Shown here: one piece after another, positions 61,901 through 64,000 of the stretch
How the letters are laid out: every line of letters starts with the position of its first letter
Numbering within the stretch: position 1 is the stretch's first letter
From: Eledone cirrhosa
Lineage: Eukaryota
DNA length: 64,000 bases
Assembly: GCA_964016885.1 (NCBI GenBank)
Contig: OZ024741.1
Span: 306,280,001-306,344,000 of the forward strand
Reading direction: 5' to 3'
The notes under the pieces: generated by a model
The model's input: the letters and a program-made list of their open reading frames with translations, nothing else
What the model was told of the DNA's origin: nothing
The model's database searches: none
Translations under genes and position numbers: made by a program

Positions 61901-64000
61901 ACCATCACGACAGCCATCCTCACCTCCACCCACCATCTACACCATCACAACCATCACGACAGCCATCCTCACCTCCACCCACCATCTCCACCAACACCAT
62001 CAACACGACAGCCATCCTGACATCCACCCACCATCTCCACCAACACCATCAACACGACAGCCATCCTCACATCCACCCACCATCTCCACCAACACCATCA
62101 ACACGACAGCCATCCTCACACCCACCCACCATCTCCAGCCTCAACACCATCGACACGACAGCCATCCTCACACCCACCCACCATCTCCACCAACACCATC
62201 AACACGACAGCCATCCTCACCTCCACCCACCATCTCCACCAACACCATCAACACGACAGCCATCCTCACATCCACCCACCATCTCCACCAACACCATCAA
62301 CACGACAGCCATCCTCACACCCACCCACCATCTCCAGCCTCAACACCATCGACACGACAGCCATCCTCACACCCACCCACCATCTCCACCAACACCATCA
62401 ACACGACAGCCATCCTCACATCCACCCACCATCTCCACCAACACCATCGACACGACAGCCATCCTCACACCCACCCACCATCTCCACCAACACCATCAAC
62501 ACGACAGCCATCCTCACCTCCACCCACCATCTCCAGCCTCAACACCATCAACACGACAGCCATCCTCACATCCACGCACCATCTCCACCAACACCATCAA
62601 CACGACAGCCATCCTCACCTCCACCCACCATCTCCACCAACACCATCAACACGACAGCCATCCTCACATCCACCCACCATCTCCAGCCTCAACACCATCA
62701 ACACGACAGCCATCCTCACCTCCACCCACCATCTCCACCAACACCATCAACACGACAGCCATCCTCACATCCACCCACCATCTCCACCAACACCATCAAC
62801 ATGACAGCCATCCTCACCTCCACCCACCATCTCCACCAACACCATCAACACGACAGCCATCCTCACATCCACCCACCATCTCCAGCCTCAACACCATCAA
62901 CACGACAGCCATCCTCACCTCCACCCACCATCTCCAGCCTCAACACCATCAACACGACAGCCATCCTCACCTCCACCCACCATCTCCACCAACACCATCA
63001 ACACGACAGCCATCCTCACCTCCACCCACCATCTCCACCATCACCATCAACACGACAGCCATCCTCACCTCCACCCACCATCTCCAGCCTCAACACCATC
63101 AACACGACAGCCATCCTCACCTCCACCCACCATCTCCACCAACACCATCAACACGACTGCCATCCTCCCCTCCACCCACCATCTCCACCAACACCATCAA
63201 CACGACAGCCATCCTCACATCCACCCACCATCTCCACCAACACCATCAACACGACAGCCATCCTCACATCCACCCACCATCTCCAGCCTCAACACCATCA
63301 ACACGACAGCCATCCTCACCTCCACCCACCATCTCCAGCCTCAACACCATCAACACGACAGCCATCCTCACCTCCACCCACCATCTCCACCAACACCATC
63401 AACACGACAGCCATCCTCACATCCACCCACCATCTCCAGCCTCAACACCATCAACACGACAGCCATCCTCACCTCCACCCACCATCTCCACCAACACCAT
63501 CAACACGACAGCCATCCTCACCTCCACCCACCATCTCCAGCCTCAACACCATCAACACGACAGCCATCCTCACATCCACCCACCATCTCCACCATCACCA
63601 TCAACACGACAGCCATCCTCACACCCACCCACCATCTCCAGCCTCAACACCATCAACACGACAGCCATCCTCACCTCCACCCACCATCTCCAGCCTCAAC
63701 ACCATCAACACGACAGCCATCCTCACATCCACCCACCATCTCCACCATCACCATCAACACGACAGCCATCCTCACCTCCACCCACCATCTCCAGCCTCAA
63801 CACCATCAACACGACAGCCATCCTCACCTCCACCCACCATCTCCAGCCTCAACACCATCAACACGACAGCCATCCTCACATCCACCCACCATCTCCACCA
63901 TCACCATCAACACGACAGCCATCCTCACACCCACCCACCATCTCCAGCCTCAACACCATCAACACGACAGCCATCCTCACCTCCACCCACCATCTCCAGC
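10927..64000. repeat. Giant 49/52-bp satellite array (>53 kb, roughly 1000+ units, runs off the window)
   Basis: Consensus acgacagccatcctcacctccacccaccatctccaccaacaccatcaac (49 bp). A common +3 variant has ctccagcctcaac (52 bp). Recurrent SNP variants include cacatcc, cacaccc, gactgcc and accatcacc. Extremely C-rich and G-poor on +. Confidence 0.99.
33400..51950. repeat. ~9.25-9.3 kb higher-order tandem duplication inside the satellite
   Basis: Rare variants recur in the same order: caactcc 33631/42880, caacatgacagccatcctta 35086/44335, ccaccctcaccaccaacaccttc ~37545/~46843, and four ctcaacatcatc units at 42140-42445/51437-51743. Confidence 0.88.

Noticed and set aside
13891-62020. Giant His/Pro/Thr/Ser-rich ORFs (up to 3465 aa), superficially mucin-like or like His-rich beak proteins
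   Set aside because: The 49-bp unit is not a multiple of 3, so each ORF cycles through all three frames of one stop-free unit. Starts and stops come from sporadic SNPs (acg->atg, ctc->ctg), the same peptide appears in all frames, and there are no flanking splice signals or codon-position bias.
10927-64000. CRISPR array or telomeric repeat
   Set aside because: There are no unique spacers, no cas genes and no TTAGGG-type unit; these are contiguous tandem monomers in eukaryotic DNA.

Overview
This is eukaryotic (metazoan) genomic DNA. The SINE type, dense (TA)n/(TG)n tracts and CAY-triplet low-complexity DNA suggest a coleoid cephalopod such as Octopus, but that is an inference. The only supportable protein gene is a + strand GH18 chitinase or chitinase-like gene with two visible coding exons: a signal-peptide exon (3819-3873) and a phase-compatible N-terminal GH18 exon (9297-9485). 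The rest of the gene is not in the window. From ~10927 to the end lies a >53 kb, strongly C-rich 49/52-bp satellite with higher-order structure, including a ~9.3 kb tandem duplication; all the huge His/Pro/Thr/Ser ORFs are by-products of it. The first 3.4 kb holds short elements embedded in microsatellites, several of them long fold-back palindromes. Most carry hammerhead-ribozyme cores (CUGAUGA or the U3-A8 variant UUGAAAA, stem II, GAAA, short palindromic stem III), usually followed by AATAAA, as in Penelope-like element pLTRs or retrozymes. The fold-back turning points fall at or next to the ribozyme. The intron after the signal-peptide exon has three 23-bp minisatellites: one repeats the splice donor GTAAGTAT eight times, and the next repeats its complement ATACTTACCTT (the U1 snRNA 5' end) about 20 times with the same period. 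SINEs (one with an 18-bp TSD) and a decayed RTE LINE fragment are also present.
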